This document shows, piece by piece, positions 28,811 through 40,900 of a stretch of DNA of 64,000 bases. A program made the position numbers and the translations under genes. The stretch is taken from the IMG/VR virus record IMGVR_UViG_3300049597_000059; one strand, written 5' to 3'. The notes beneath the pieces were generated by a model. It saw nothing but the letters and a program-made list of their open reading frames with translations, had not been told where the DNA came from and did no database searches. Source of the stretch: a virus (taxonomy: Duplodnaviria; Heunggongvirae; Uroviricota; Caudoviricetes). Numbering within the stretch: position 1 is the first letter of the stretch; each line of letters opens with the position of its first letter.

Positions 28811-31800
28811 ATGAAAGATCAAATCCTAAAGATCGCAAAAGTTAAATCTGAAAAGGAATTCTATAAGAAGTATCCTACAGAAGAAGCATTCATGAAAGCT
28901 CATGGTAAAGCATTTAAAAAAGCTGCTATGGGTAAGACTATGGTTGCTAAACAGTTAACACAACTAACTGACTTTGCTAATCCTCCACAGGCTGAAGTTG
29001 GTACATATATAGGTGGTGACACTTATAAAACTGCCAATTTTAAATATGGTGATTTTGCTGATGAAGCAGATGCTAGTGTTACAGGTACTCCTGCTCCAAT
29101 GAGAGTACAGAATGTTCAACCTCCTGCAGCTGGTGCACAACAAAGTCCTTATGCTTTTAATGCAGGAACTACAGGAATGAGAAATATAAATTGGGAGGAT
29201 GTAGGTGAAGATGTACTTCCACAACTAATGCAAATGCAAGGAGGTGGTATTATTTCTGCACAAGGAGGAGTAAGAATTCCTGCTTTTGCATCAACTATAC
29301 CTACATCAACTCCTACTAAAGCACCTGCTGCTAACATGACCAATATTGGAAACATGTTAGGTAACCAACAGTTTCAACAAAATGCAACTAATCGATTTGC
29401 AGGTTTAGGAACACAACCAACACCATCTTTAGGTAGTCAGATTGGTTCTGGTGTGATAAACAATGCTGGTAATATCCTACAGGGTATTAATATGCTTAGG
29501 GATGAAAAAAGACAAAAACAAACGGCAAAACAATCAGCTGCATTAACTGGTGTAGTTGGTAAGGCTGCTGGTACAAGATCAGAAATAAGCAAACGTAAAT
29601 ACGTTAGACCTGAGGATATGTCTGTTCAACCAGGAGAGTTAGGTAACCCTTATGGTGAAGGAACTACTCCTTTAGTAATGCAAGATGGTGGTGGTGTTGG
29701 AGGTAATCCAACTGAGATTCAAAATACATTTGCTCCAAATGTAATTTATACAAATCTTGAATATGAACCACTAAATGATAGTAAGGTTAAACAATACAAG
29801 AAAGGTGGTAAATTAAAGAAGGCTCAAATTGGTGCAGGTATTGCTGGTCAATTAGGTGGTGGTTTAGGTAGTATTGTTGGTGGTGGTAGATTTAATCAAG
29901 CTGGCGGAGCTGGTAAGATTGGTTCTACACTCGGTGGTATTGCAGGAAGTGTTATCCCTGGTGTAGGTACAGTTATTGGATCTGCTGTTGGTGGATTAAT
30001 TGGTGGTGCTATTGGTGGTAAGAGTGCAAAAGAAACAGCAAGACTTCAAGAAGAATCACAAAATAATATTATGAGCTCAGCATTACAACAAGGTGCTCAA
30101 TCAATCCAATCTAACTATAGTGGATTCATGGAAGATGGTGGATGGGTAAGTAATGATTGGCAGCCACAAGTTATTGCTAGTTTTGGCGAATATAAGATGA
30201 AAGATCTTCTTAAACCTCCTCATGATGCACAGATGTTACGTGCTGGTGGTCATTTAAAAGAATACACTCCTCCTAGTGAAAGAGCTATGGAAACATATGA
30301 TATGGGTGGTGAACTCGAAACACATTGGGGTGGATACATGGAACCTATGTCTCAAAACCCTTATCTACCAGATGGTGGTGTTACAGTGATGCCTAGAGGA
30401 CAATCTCACGCAGAGAGTGATGGTAAAGGTAACACAGGTATTGGTATTACATTTGGTGACAATCCTGTAGAAGTAGAAAGAGGTGAGCCTATGGTTAAGC
30501 TAAAAGATGGTGGTACAGGGGAAGATAATCTAGTGGTATTTGGTAACATGAAGATACCTAAGTATGCTTTAGACGAGTTTGAAAAAAAGGCTAAGGGTAA
30601 GAAGTTTAAAACTTATGCCACTGACCTAACTAAGACAGAAGCTAAACAAACTAAGTTAATAGATAAGTCAACTAAAAAAATAGATGATCTAGAAGTGTTA
30701 ACACCATTTGATAGATTAACGGCAGACTCTTTACAAGCAAATCTTATTGGTGCTAACATGAAACTAAAAGATATTGCTGACAAGAAACAAAAGCTCGGTG
30801 ACTTACAACAGTCTATACATTCCACTGCTCCTGAGTTTGGATATGAGGATGTAGATAAATTCAATAATGATGTTATAAAGGGAAGTGTTAAAATTAAGAA
30901 AGGAAAGGTTGAGTCTGATGTACCTATGGCTCAAGATGGTATTGTAGCAGCACTTAATGCTCCAACTCCTTTAAACATACTTAACAACGCTTCTTCTTCT
31001 TGGTACGAAACTCCTTCATTAATGAGCTTAAGAAGACCATCATCTCGTGTAGCTAGTCCTATGCAAAAATTAATAAGAAGTATTGTACCTCAACAACCAG
31101 TTGCTAACTTCCCATTAAGACCAGGGTTTATGTACAATCCTCCTGATTATTTATATCAAAACGTTCCAGCTGTTAATTACAATGTTGGTGCAGGATTTCC
31201 TACAGTGTCAGCACTTAATGCTCCTTCTGCTTTAAATATGTCTAATGCTGGTTCTCTTGGTTTTCAACCAACTGGAAGTATGTTACCAGCTCCTATTGGT
31301 CCTGATGAAGAAGATATTAAAAAAGATTTTATACTTACTAGAATTGGTGATTTTATAAATAAAAACCTTGGTGATAATTCTACATTAGCTTCTGAGTTAT
31401 TGCCTTATTTAAGACCTACAAATCAAATGGATCTAGATCCTACACAAATAGCTGGAGAAATGGATGCATTAGCTGATAATCAGGTGGATCCAGTGTTTGC
31501 TCAAACTCTACAACCTAGACTAGGTTCACCAATTGATATATCATTACAGAGTTCACTTAATGCCAATCAGGCAGATTACAATGCTCTTATTAGAAACGTA
31601 GGATATAATCCTGCTGCTCAGTCTTTGTTAGCTGCTCAAAAGTATGCTGCTAACTCTGAGATTTTAGGAAAAGAATCTCAGATGAATAAAGAAGAGAAGT
31701 CAAGAGTGTTTGATGCAAATAGACAATTATTGAATGAGTATGACCTTAAGAATGCAGTTATTAGTGACACTCAACAAGTGAGACAATCACAAGCTAGATC

Positions 31801-32104
31801 TAACACTAAAGCCCAAAGAAGAGAAGCACTTAACTCTATTAGTCAGAAGTACCTTGAGAACAGAAGAGAGAACAGAACATTGGGTATATATGAAAATGAA
31901 TACAAATTCAGATATGACAATCAGGGTAGACTTATTAATATGAATCCTTTAGCTAGATTTACTATTCCAACTGCATCAGGCAAACCTTCAGGAATAAGCA
32001 ATACAGATGTTCTTCCTGTGTATGACAAGGATAATAAAGAGGTGGTTGCGTACAGACAGAAGGCAAAAAATGGTAACATTGTCAAAGCTATTAAAAATCT
32101 CTAA
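28811..32104 (+). CDS. large virion cargo/ejection protein (1097 aa) with glycine-zipper hydrophobic segment
   Basis: About 65-aa run of Gly with small hydrophobics (GAGIAGQLGGGLGSIVGGG…GGLIGGAIGG) at 29827-30030; DGG[WV] motifs. Confidence 0.45.
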   Translation: MKDQILKIAKVKSEKEFYKKYPTEEAFMKAHGKAFKKAAMGKTMVAKQLTQLTDFANPPQAEVGTYIGGDTYKTANFKYGDFADEADASVTGTPAPMRVQNVQPPAAGAQQSPYAFNAGTTGMRNINWEDVGEDVLPQLMQMQGGGIISAQGGVRIPAFASTIPTSTPTKAPAANMTNIGNMLGNQQFQQNATNRFAGLGTQPTPSLGSQIGSGVINNAGNILQGINMLRDEKRQKQTAKQSAALTGVVGKAAGTRSEISKRKYVRPEDMSVQPGELGNPYGEGTTPLVMQDGGGVGGNPTEIQNTFAPNVIYTNLEYEPLNDSKVKQYKKGGKLKKAQIGAGIAGQLGGGLGSIVGGGRFNQAGGAGKIGSTLGGIAGSVIPGVGTVIGSAVGGLIGGAIGGKSAKETARLQEESQNNIMSSALQQGAQSIQSNYSGFMEDGGWVSNDWQPQVIASFGEYKMKDLLKPPHDAQMLRAGGHLKEYTPPSERAMETYDMGGELETHWGGYMEPMSQNPYLPDGGVTVMPRGQSHAESDGKGNTGIGITFGDNPVEVERGEPMVKLKDGGTGEDNLVVFGNMKIPKYALDEFEKKAKGKKFKTYATDLTKTEAKQTKLIDKSTKKIDDLEVLTPFDRLTADSLQANLIGANMKLKDIADKKQKLGDLQQSIHSTAPEFGYEDVDKFNNDVIKGSVKIKKGKVESDVPMAQDGIVAALNAPTPLNILNNASSSWYETPSLMSLRRPSSRVASPMQKLIRSIVPQQPVANFPLRPGFMYNPPDYLYQNVPAVNYNVGAGFPTVSALNAPSALNMSNAGSLGFQPTGSMLPAPIGPDEEDIKKDFILTRIGDFINKNLGDNSTLASELLPYLRPTNQMDLDPTQIAGEMDALADNQVDPVFAQTLQPRLGSPIDISLQSSLNANQADYNALIRNVGYNPAAQSLLAAQKYAANSEILGKESQMNKEEKSRVFDANRQLLNEYDLKNAVISDTQQVRQSQARSNTKAQRREALNSISQKYLENRRENRTLGIYENEYKFRYDNQGRLINMNPLARFTIPTASGKPSGISNTDVLPVYDKDNKEVVAYRQKAKNGNIVKAIKNL

Positions 32105-32145
32105 CTAATTCAATTATACCAGATTAACAAAAATCATTAGAACTC

Positions 32146-32176
32146 TTGGTATATATAATAATTTAAATTACATTTG
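32146..32176 (+). promoter_or_regulatory. Putative promoter (TTG 32146-32148; TACATTTG 32169-32176)
   Basis: Exact TAnnTTTG 14 nt before ATG 32191; -33-like TTG 20 nt upstream. Confidence 0.4.
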
Positions 32177-32190
32177 CTAATCATATTATC

Positions 32191-34890
32191 ATGGCATCAT
32201 TTACCGACCAAATAACGAAATTTAATCCCTACGTACAACAATTGCCTGTTGAGGCAATGGTTCAGGTTGGCATGCGTAGGCAAGCTAAATATGATGAGGG
32301 TGTAGAAAAGATCCAAAGCTACATAGATAATATAGCTGGTTTGGATGTAATCAAGCCTATTCATAAAGAATACATCCAATCTAAACTTAATGAGCTAGGG
32401 GGTAAACTTAAAACGGTAGCTGCTGGAGACTTCTCTAACCAACAGTTAGTTAATTCTATTGGCGGTATGACCACTCAGATAATCAAAGACCCTACCGTTC
32501 AGAATGCTGTATATTCTACCCAAAGAGTTAGAAAGGTACAAGGCGATATGGAGGCTGCTAAGAAAGCAGGTAAGAGTGGTATTGAGAATGAGGTTTGGGC
32601 AAATGATGAAATTAGCTCTTGGATAAATGATGGTAATGCACAAACCACTTTCAATGGTGAGTTTGTAGAATATACAGACCTTGACAAACAATTAAGAGAC
32701 CTTGCTAGTAAACTTAAGGAAGCTGAAAACTCTGTAGATATTCCATTTAAGACAAATGCTGATGGTCGTATATTATACTACAGCCCTGTTAAGGATGCTA
32801 AAGGTAAAGTTATTAGAATAGATGAATCCTTGGATCCAAGTAAGGGTGTTCCTGAAAAAGATGATGCTATGAAACGCATCAAGACAAAAGGACTAGGAGC
32901 TCAAAAGATATTAAACAACTTCTACGATAGTTTAAGTGAAAATGATAAGCGACAGTTAAAGATAACAGGCAACTACCATTATCGAGGAGCTACAAAGGAT
33001 ACATTTAAAAATGATATAGTTAATACTTACACCACTGCTAAGCAAATGCTTTCTGAACAAGTGGTTGATTGGGCAGTTAAACTACAGACTGATAACAAGT
33101 TAACAGCTGCTGAAAGATCAGACATTGAAGCAAACATCACTACAGCTAATAAAAAGTTAACTGATGGTACGTTTGAAAATCAAATAGCTAAAAAGACTTC
33201 TGAGATAGATAACATAAAAGATTTAACTCAGTATAAGTATGCTTTATATAGTGAAAAGTATTTAACCAACCTTGCAAAAGATTTAGCAAACGAAAGTAAA
33301 ATTGTAGAAATAATGACCAATCCATATCAACAAGCAGATATGGAAAAGCAAAAGCTACAGTTCCAAGTTAATAAAGCTCAACAAGACTATCAACAGTGGG
33401 CAGCAACTCATGCTCTTAAGATAGCAGAGTTTGACTTTGAGAAGGACAAGGAAACATATAAGAGAATTCAAGAAGAAGCTAAGAAAAGATTATTACAACC
33501 TGTCACTACACCTGGTGGTTTAGGAACAGATGTTAAACTTCCTACTCTAACTGATTTAAGTAATGACATTAAATCAACAGAGACAGCTATAAAAACATTA
33601 GATGCTACATATGCTAGTCAGTTGTTTCCTGAGTTATCAAATGATAAAACAATAAAAACTACAACTGTTAGAGATGGAAAAGTTGTAACTGAATATATAT
33701 CACAAAGACAGGAAGCATTAAACAAACTAAACTCTGATTACAACATTGATCCAAAAAATATTAAAGGTAGTGGTAAAATAGAATATCTTGAAAAAAGAAG
33801 AGCATTTAGTATAGACCTTGCTCAAAAGGGTAACTTATTTTTAACTGTTAGAAACGGTTCTCAACAGTTTGATAATGCAATTAAAGATGCTTTAAAAACT
33901 GAACAAGGTATTAATCTTCCAAATGGTCAACAACTATATAGTGCAGAAGAACTTTTTAATATAGAAAATACTAGTAAAAAATATCTAATGTCTTCTGGTA
34001 CAACGGCTACTAGAGGAAAACTTAGATTTGATTCTCAAGGGTTTTTGAATGAATATAAAGGAACTAAGTATGAGCCTATTGCAAATGCTTATGTTAAACG
34101 TATGAATAATCAACCTTTAACAACTTCTGAACAAACTATGTATAATAAAGCTCTTTCTATTGGTTCAAAATATCAAAATGTTTTAAGTGATGTAGTTAGT
34201 AAAAAACTTCAATATGAATCAAATGTATTAGCTAAGAGCATGCCAGAAAGACAAGTGGTTGTTGGTACAATCAATATGGGTGATGATGTTATTAAAGCAC
34301 GTATGGAAAATTTAATAGGTAACAAGTTTTTTGAATATGAACAAAACGGTCAAGTTGATGTTCAAAACAAAGATCTATTTAAGCCTGAAACAATTGCAGA
34401 ATTACAAAAAGATCCACAAACAAAATATACAATAGAAAAGAAATATGATGGTAGTGCTAATGTAATTATGAATAATGGAAAGAAGAAACAAGTTGTTCCT
34501 ATGAACTCTAATGAGTTTTCTGCTTTCTATCCTGACTATGCTGCAAACAGTCCTGCAGACAACTTTAAATATGCAGTGATGTCTTCTCCTAATCGCACTA
34601 CAAATTTAAGTGGTAAAGAAGATGCTGTTAATGCGTATATGACAGGACATAGTATTGGAGGCCTTGCTGGAACTCCTTTAGCTGGAAAAACAAGACTTGA
34701 TGTAATAGGTAGTCCAAATAATACAGGTGGTCCAAATGACAAGTATGATGTGTTAATGTACTTTAATAACAATGGTGTTTGGGAAAAAGCAATATTAAAT
34801 CAAAAGGGATACGTAACTGAAGATGGTGTATTAGGAATTCTTAATAACATAGGACCTGCTACAGTTCAAAGTTTATTAAAACAAAAATAA
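32191..34890 (+). CDS. large virion protein (899 aa), hypothetical
   Basis: Long Lys/Asn-rich ORF in the cargo block. Confidence 0.4.
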   Translation: MASFTDQITKFNPYVQQLPVEAMVQVGMRRQAKYDEGVEKIQSYIDNIAGLDVIKPIHKEYIQSKLNELGGKLKTVAAGDFSNQQLVNSIGGMTTQIIKDPTVQNAVYSTQRVRKVQGDMEAAKKAGKSGIENEVWANDEISSWINDGNAQTTFNGEFVEYTDLDKQLRDLASKLKEAENSVDIPFKTNADGRILYYSPVKDAKGKVIRIDESLDPSKGVPEKDDAMKRIKTKGLGAQKILNNFYDSLSENDKRQLKITGNYHYRGATKDTFKNDIVNTYTTAKQMLSEQVVDWAVKLQTDNKLTAAERSDIEANITTANKKLTDGTFENQIAKKTSEIDNIKDLTQYKYALYSEKYLTNLAKDLANESKIVEIMTNPYQQADMEKQKLQFQVNKAQQDYQQWAATHALKIAEFDFEKDKETYKRIQEEAKKRLLQPVTTPGGLGTDVKLPTLTDLSNDIKSTETAIKTLDATYASQLFPELSNDKTIKTTTVRDGKVVTEYISQRQEALNKLNSDYNIDPKNIKGSGKIEYLEKRRAFSIDLAQKGNLFLTVRNGSQQFDNAIKDALKTEQGINLPNGQQLYSAEELFNIENTSKKYLMSSGTTATRGKLRFDSQGFLNEYKGTKYEPIANAYVKRMNNQPLTTSEQTMYNKALSIGSKYQNVLSDVVSKKLQYESNVLAKSMPERQVVVGTINMGDDVIKARMENLIGNKFFEYEQNGQVDVQNKDLFKPETIAELQKDPQTKYTIEKKYDGSANVIMNNGKKKQVVPMNSNEFSAFYPDYAANSPADNFKYAVMSSPNRTTNLSGKEDAVNAYMTGHSIGGLAGTPLAGKTRLDVIGSPNNTGGPNDKYDVLMYFNNNGVWEKAILNQKGYVTEDGVLGILNNIGPATVQSLLKQK

Positions 34891-34902
34891 AATTAAGCGA
34901 TA

Positions 34903-37900
34903 ATGGCAATTTTTGATAAAGAGCTTATTGACAATACTTCTAATAGAGATTATGGTAAACCTGAAATGGATCTGCGTTCTCCAGAGACCAGAAAGGTTGA
35001 TGTGAGTCTAGGAGGTTTTGAAGACTTTGCTATTGGAGGTCCTAGTAGATCTTCTGGTTTAACTATTGACCAATTATCAGACTTTTCACGTGTTCCTACA
35101 AATCAAAATACATTTAACTCTCCTGTACAAATGATTCCTAGAAGTGAACTTCTAGCCAATCAACGTTACAATATATATGAAAGAAATAGAGATTTAGAAA
35201 ACGTAGCTGGACTACAACAAAGTTGGGCAGATCAATTAGCTAATGGTGTTGTTAAATTTGCAGCAATTGGCGGTGGTACATTCCTTCAAAGTTTTGGTAC
35301 TATACCAAACACAGTATCTGCATTAAAGACAGGTAAGTTATCTGAGTTATCTGGAGGACCTGATGGTTATGAGTCTAAGGTGGGTGACTGGTTAACGAAC
35401 ATTGAAGATATATTTCCTAACTATTACACTAGACGAGAAAAAGAAAGTCCATTCTTAGCAGCCCTTCCTTTTGCTCCAGGATCTGCAAACTTCTGGGGAG
35501 ATAAGATTATTAAGAACCTAGGTTTTACAGCAGGTGCTATTGGTGGAGCAGTTGTTCAAGATTTAGCAATTGGTGCTATTACAGGAGGTATTGGTGAAAT
35601 TCCATTAGTTGCTGCTCAAATTGGTAAAGCTTCTTTGTATTTAAATAAATTATTTACAGGAACCAATCGCTTAGATGAAGTTCTTAATTTAGCTACTCAA
35701 CTTGGTAAAACAGAAAAGCAAATACTAAACATCAAACGTTTAGGTGAAGTTGCTGCTGCAACAAAGGTGACAGACGGTGCTAGATATGCACTAAACATAT
35801 ACGGTTCTGCTAGAACAGAAGCTGCTATTGAAGCTAGAGATGGTTACAAACAAGTTAGAGAAAACTTAATCAATCAATATAAGTTAGAAAACCTTGGTGA
35901 AGAACCTACAGGAGCAGATGCTAAACAGATAGAAGATTTAGCAACAAATGCTATGAATACCAGATTTGGTATTAACATGGCACTACTCACTGTGTCCAAT
36001 GCTGTACAGTTTGGTAACTTATTCAAATCATTTAGCAATGCTTCATCTAGTGGCATCTCTGGTTCATTAACTAGAGAGCTAGAAGATATTGGTAAGTTTG
36101 GATTGAAAGAAGGTAGTATAGATGTATTTGAATCTAAGGCTGCTAAAACTCTTCGTGGTAAAATTTGGGAATCTGTAAAACCTAAAGTAGCTAACATCTT
36201 TACAGAAGGTGTTTATGAAGAGGGTGGACAATTTGCTGCTGAAAGAGGTACGTTTGATTACTACACTAGAAAATACAAAAACCTTAACGACCCTAATAAT
36301 AAACAAAACTGGAACGAATTAAATGAGGTTATTAACTCTACTAATAAAGGGTTAGCTGATCAATACGGTTCAGAAGAGGGTCTTGAAAATATGTTTGTTG
36401 GTGCATTATCTGCTTTAATTAGCGGTGGCATCATGAGCAGAATTGATAGTGTTAAAGGTAAAGGTGCTGATGCTAGATTACAGTCTACCATCAATATGCT
36501 TAATAGATATGGTATCACTGGAATGTTACAAGATAACTACACTGATACACTAAACTCAGCTGCCATAGCTAAAGAAATGGATACAGCTGCTAAGTCTGGT
36601 AACATCTTTAAGTATAAGAACCTTAAGAAAGACATGTTCTTTAACTTTGTAAACTCACGCATTCCTTCTGGTATGCATGACGTTACACTTGAGCAATTGA
36701 ACATGTTAAAAGATTTATCCAAAGAAGAGTTTGAGAAAACCTTTGGAATGGACTTCAACACTTCTAATAAGAATACAGTTGATGCGTATGTAGACAATTT
36801 AATCTCAAATGCAAATAAGATTAAGTCTACAGTTGATTCATTAGACAGTACGTTTAAGAATCCTTTTGCAAAAATTACAGATCCTAAAACTCCTGAAGAG
36901 GCAGTTGCTGCTAATAATCATGATGTCTTTAATGAATGGAAGACTAACTTAGCATACTATGCTATGGTTGCTCCAGATGCAAATGATAGACTATCTTCTA
37001 TTTCTCAAACTGTTGCTGGTGTTAATCCATTGATTAACAATGACTTATTAGGCAAGCTTACCGATCCAACTAGCTTAAGAGAATTAAGTAGTAACTATGA
37101 AGAGAGAGCTAATCAGTTAAACAGAACAATCACTGAGTTTACAAGTCCTGAAGATAAGAAGGCTATAAAAGCACAGGTTAAGGCTTTGCGTACAAGTGCA
37201 GAGAGAATCAACCTTGCTATCAATAATAGAGATTTAGACATGAAGACGTTTAACTCTCTATTAAACTTTGAGTTAAATAACCTAGATAGTACCAAGGATG
37301 ATGTTGTGGGTATGGAGCGTGCTTCTGAGTTATATGGATATGGTGTTGATATTAACAAGCTTATTGGATTAAAGAGATCTGCTTCTAGCATACTTGATGA
37401 ATTAGCAAGTGAATCAGGTCTTGAGAAGTTCTTTAAAGAAGCTAGTGAAATAGCTTCTGAGGAACCACCAACCACTGTTCCTGGAGAAGAAGAAGCTCCA
37501 GCAGCTGAAGTTACTCCTGCTGTAGTTCCTCAATATACTAATGTAAAGGGTAAGAGAGAGAATTTAGAATTAAACAGAGAATACGAAGTTGCTAAGCTTA
37601 GACCTTCTAAGGTTAATAGATTAGCAGAAGACAGATGGCAAGTTATCTCTCCTGATGGAACTTTTGAAATCTATCCTACGAAGGAGAAAGCTCAAGAGAT
37701 TGCTAAAGACTTAGATGAAGAGTTTGCTAGCTTAGCTAAGGTGAAGATCGTTGCATTAAATGAAGATGGTACAGCTAAGGTGGAAGATAAAGATGGTAAC
37801 ATCTATAATATTGACACTAGAAAGCTATCAGGATTTAATAAGGTTGAAAGTGAACAAGAGAAGTTACAAAAGGTTGCAGATCAATTAGGTAGACAACAAC

Positions 37901-40900
37901 AAGAGGTTGAAAAGAAATCTGGTATTGTTGCTACAGGAAATCCAAGTTTGGAAACATTTGAAAAGGAAGACCCTAAGAAATCTGCAAATATATTATATAC
38001 ATCTACAACAGGTGCTTCTGAAACTTGGGAACAACTAGCTAAACCACATCAGGTTAGATCTAGACAGTTCTTAAACAATGTTAAAAACTTTGGTAACAGA
38101 GCTAACATGAAGATAATCCTTGTAACTCCTAATCAAGAAGAATCTTTAGGGTTAAAAGGATTAAGTGAGTTATCTGGATCTACAGATACTAGTGTAGAGA
38201 ATGGTTTAGTTGCTGCTGTATATGTAGTTCAGTCTAATGGTAAGAATTACTTTGTAGACAAAGATGGTAAACAACTTACTGAGGTGGGTCAACCTGTTGA
38301 TATGAATGTTGTAGTGTTCTCAACAATGCCTACTGCTGCATTATATAATAGTAAAGGAGATCCACGTTTTAGAAAGCAAGAAGAAGCTCAGGCAAAAGAA
38401 ATGTCTAGAGCATGGACTGTTAAAAGAGCTGAGTTATTTGCAGCTCCTGCAGGAACCTATACGATTTATGATTTTGGTGTATCTAAGGGTGTGCCTATTA
38501 CTGATAGAAATGAAAGAAAGTTTGTAGGAGATAATCTTGTTCCTCAGAAGAAGATTGCTACCCAAGAGAACCTAATTGTTATTTCTACCACTGGAACACT
38601 TGCTTACAATGGAGAGAACTTAAAGTTCCCTGTAGGTAGACCTGTGTTACAATACGGTGATACATTACAATACGTAGATAACAGAACCTTTACAAACGAT
38701 GAGGCTAAGAGCATCTTTGAAGCTATTAGACTTTTGTCAGAAGAAGTGCAGTCTCAGAATACTAAGGGTGAAACTATTGAACTTAATAGATTATATACAG
38801 ACTTCTTACAGAATGTTCTCTATTGGAGAAAAGGTAAGGATACTAAAGATAACCAAATACACATAGATGAAAGATCTATGGAGCTGTATATTGGTGGTGA
38901 TAAATATAACTTTGCTGACATTGCTAGTAATGAAGCTGCTATTGTTAGCAAGCTAAAAGGTACATTTAACAATGTTAACAATGAATCTTTAAAGAAGACT
39001 AGTGAACCATTCATTGAGTTATACTTTGAAAATGGATTCCTACAAAACAGAGAGTGGGCTAACTATCAATCATATTTACTATCTAATAAATATCCTGATG
39101 GTAAGAACCGTTCTATTACAGACACTCCTCTATCTACATATGTAAACAAACCTACAGACGCAGTTCCTTACAACTATGTTAGGAAGTATGCTATCCTTGA
39201 GGGATTAGATCTTCCTGTACAGCAGACTGCCCCTGTAGTAACTCCTGTGGCTGAAGCAGCACCATCTGCTGATAAGCTAGGTGAGTTCTTTGTAAATGGA
39301 ACAGAAAATACAATATCTCTAAAGGAACCTCTAGGTGAAACTAAGTTTACAGCAACAATTAACAGTGATGGTAATGTTGTTGCTGAAGTTATTTCTAATC
39401 CTAAGATACAAGCAATTGCTGCAACTGCTGAGAAAGCTAAGCCTTATTTAGATTTCTTAAAGAATACAATGGGTACTGATGGTAAACCGTTGTTTGATGC
39501 TACAAAGAGTGTAGAAGATTCTATTCTACAGTTTGTAGCATTAAACATTAGTGCTCGTTTGCAGGCTATAAAAAATGAACAAGCTGCTGCTGCTCCAGTT
39601 GTAACAACAGCTGCTACAGTTACACAAACCACTCCTTATGGTACAGAGGCTGCTCCTGCAGTGGTTACTTCTACAGAGTCTGTAGATAAAAAATCTGGTA
39701 TAAAAGGAACTTTAACAGGACAAGGAACTTCTTTAGAATTAGAAGTAATAGGAGATACTGGTAAAGAATTTTTACTTACTGTAGATAGAAAAGGTAATAT
39801 TAGTTTATTCTCTGAGAAACAATCTGACGGTAGTTATAAATCAGGGGAACCTGCTTCAAAAGAAGCAGTAGATAAATTATACAATAAGTATATATCTGAA
39901 AAAACAAGAACAGCTATAACTAATTGGTTAAATTCTTTTACTGGTTCTTGGGCTGCTCCAGAAACACAAGATGGTAAAAATTATGATAAAGCAGAAAAAG
40001 CACTTAATGCTGAACTAGCTGCTTTAGAAGGACAACCTACAGTTGCTGTACCTGCTTTAATATCTCCTGTTATACAGTCTAGTTTAGATATGCTTTCTAA
40101 AGCACAGGAATTATTAAATGCCCAATCTAAAAAGTTTGAAAAGTACATACCTGCTGTACAGAAGTATTTAGATACTAAAAAACAGCAGCTACAAGATCCA
40201 AAGCTTACAGTTGAACAACGTGAAAAAATAGCTAAGACTATTGAAATGGATATGAAGATACCAATTGTATCTTTAAATAATTTGGTTCTTGAATTTGATA
40301 CAGGTCGTGTAGAAAAAATATATATCAATAATCCTGAAACTAAAGAGAGTTATAATTTTACTGCTTTCTTTCAGGAAAATGGAGAAAGAAACTTTGAAAA
40401 CAATCCAAACTATGCTTTTAATCCAGATGAAAGATTAGGACAGGGAAGTAATTATGGTTATGATATTGTGTCTAAAAACTCTATCATACCTATAGAAGGT
40501 CTTAACTTGAGAGAAGCTGAAACTCTAAGACACATTTTATCTGGAGCTGATCCAAAGGCTACTCAGTATGCAGCTTCTGGTGATGAGAATCTTGGTCAAG
40601 GTCTTTTAATGGGTGTAATTAAACACTACTTTATAGAGAAGGCTGCTGGTAGAATGCAACGTGACTATTGGGATTATTTACAAGATCCTCGTAAAGAGAT
40701 GCGTGAGCAAATTGAAGCTATGGAAGCTCAACCAGCTACTGCTCCTAAGAACTTTGGTGCAACTAAACCTCCTTCAAACAGTGAGTATAGAAGAGTGGGT
40801 GTTGGTGGTGTAGAAAGAATCAATGATGCTGAGATAGAAATATTTAAAAGATGGGCTGCAGAAAATGTTCCAGGTATTCCATTTGAGATATTAGATAACA

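Noticed and set aside
34540-34890. GHSIGG (G-x-S-x-G nucleophile-elbow-like) motif near the C-terminus of the 899-aa protein, suggesting an alpha/beta-hydrolase or lipase
   Set aside because: No His is available downstream to complete a Ser-Asp-His triad in the remaining about 90 residues, so it is likely a chance pentapeptide.
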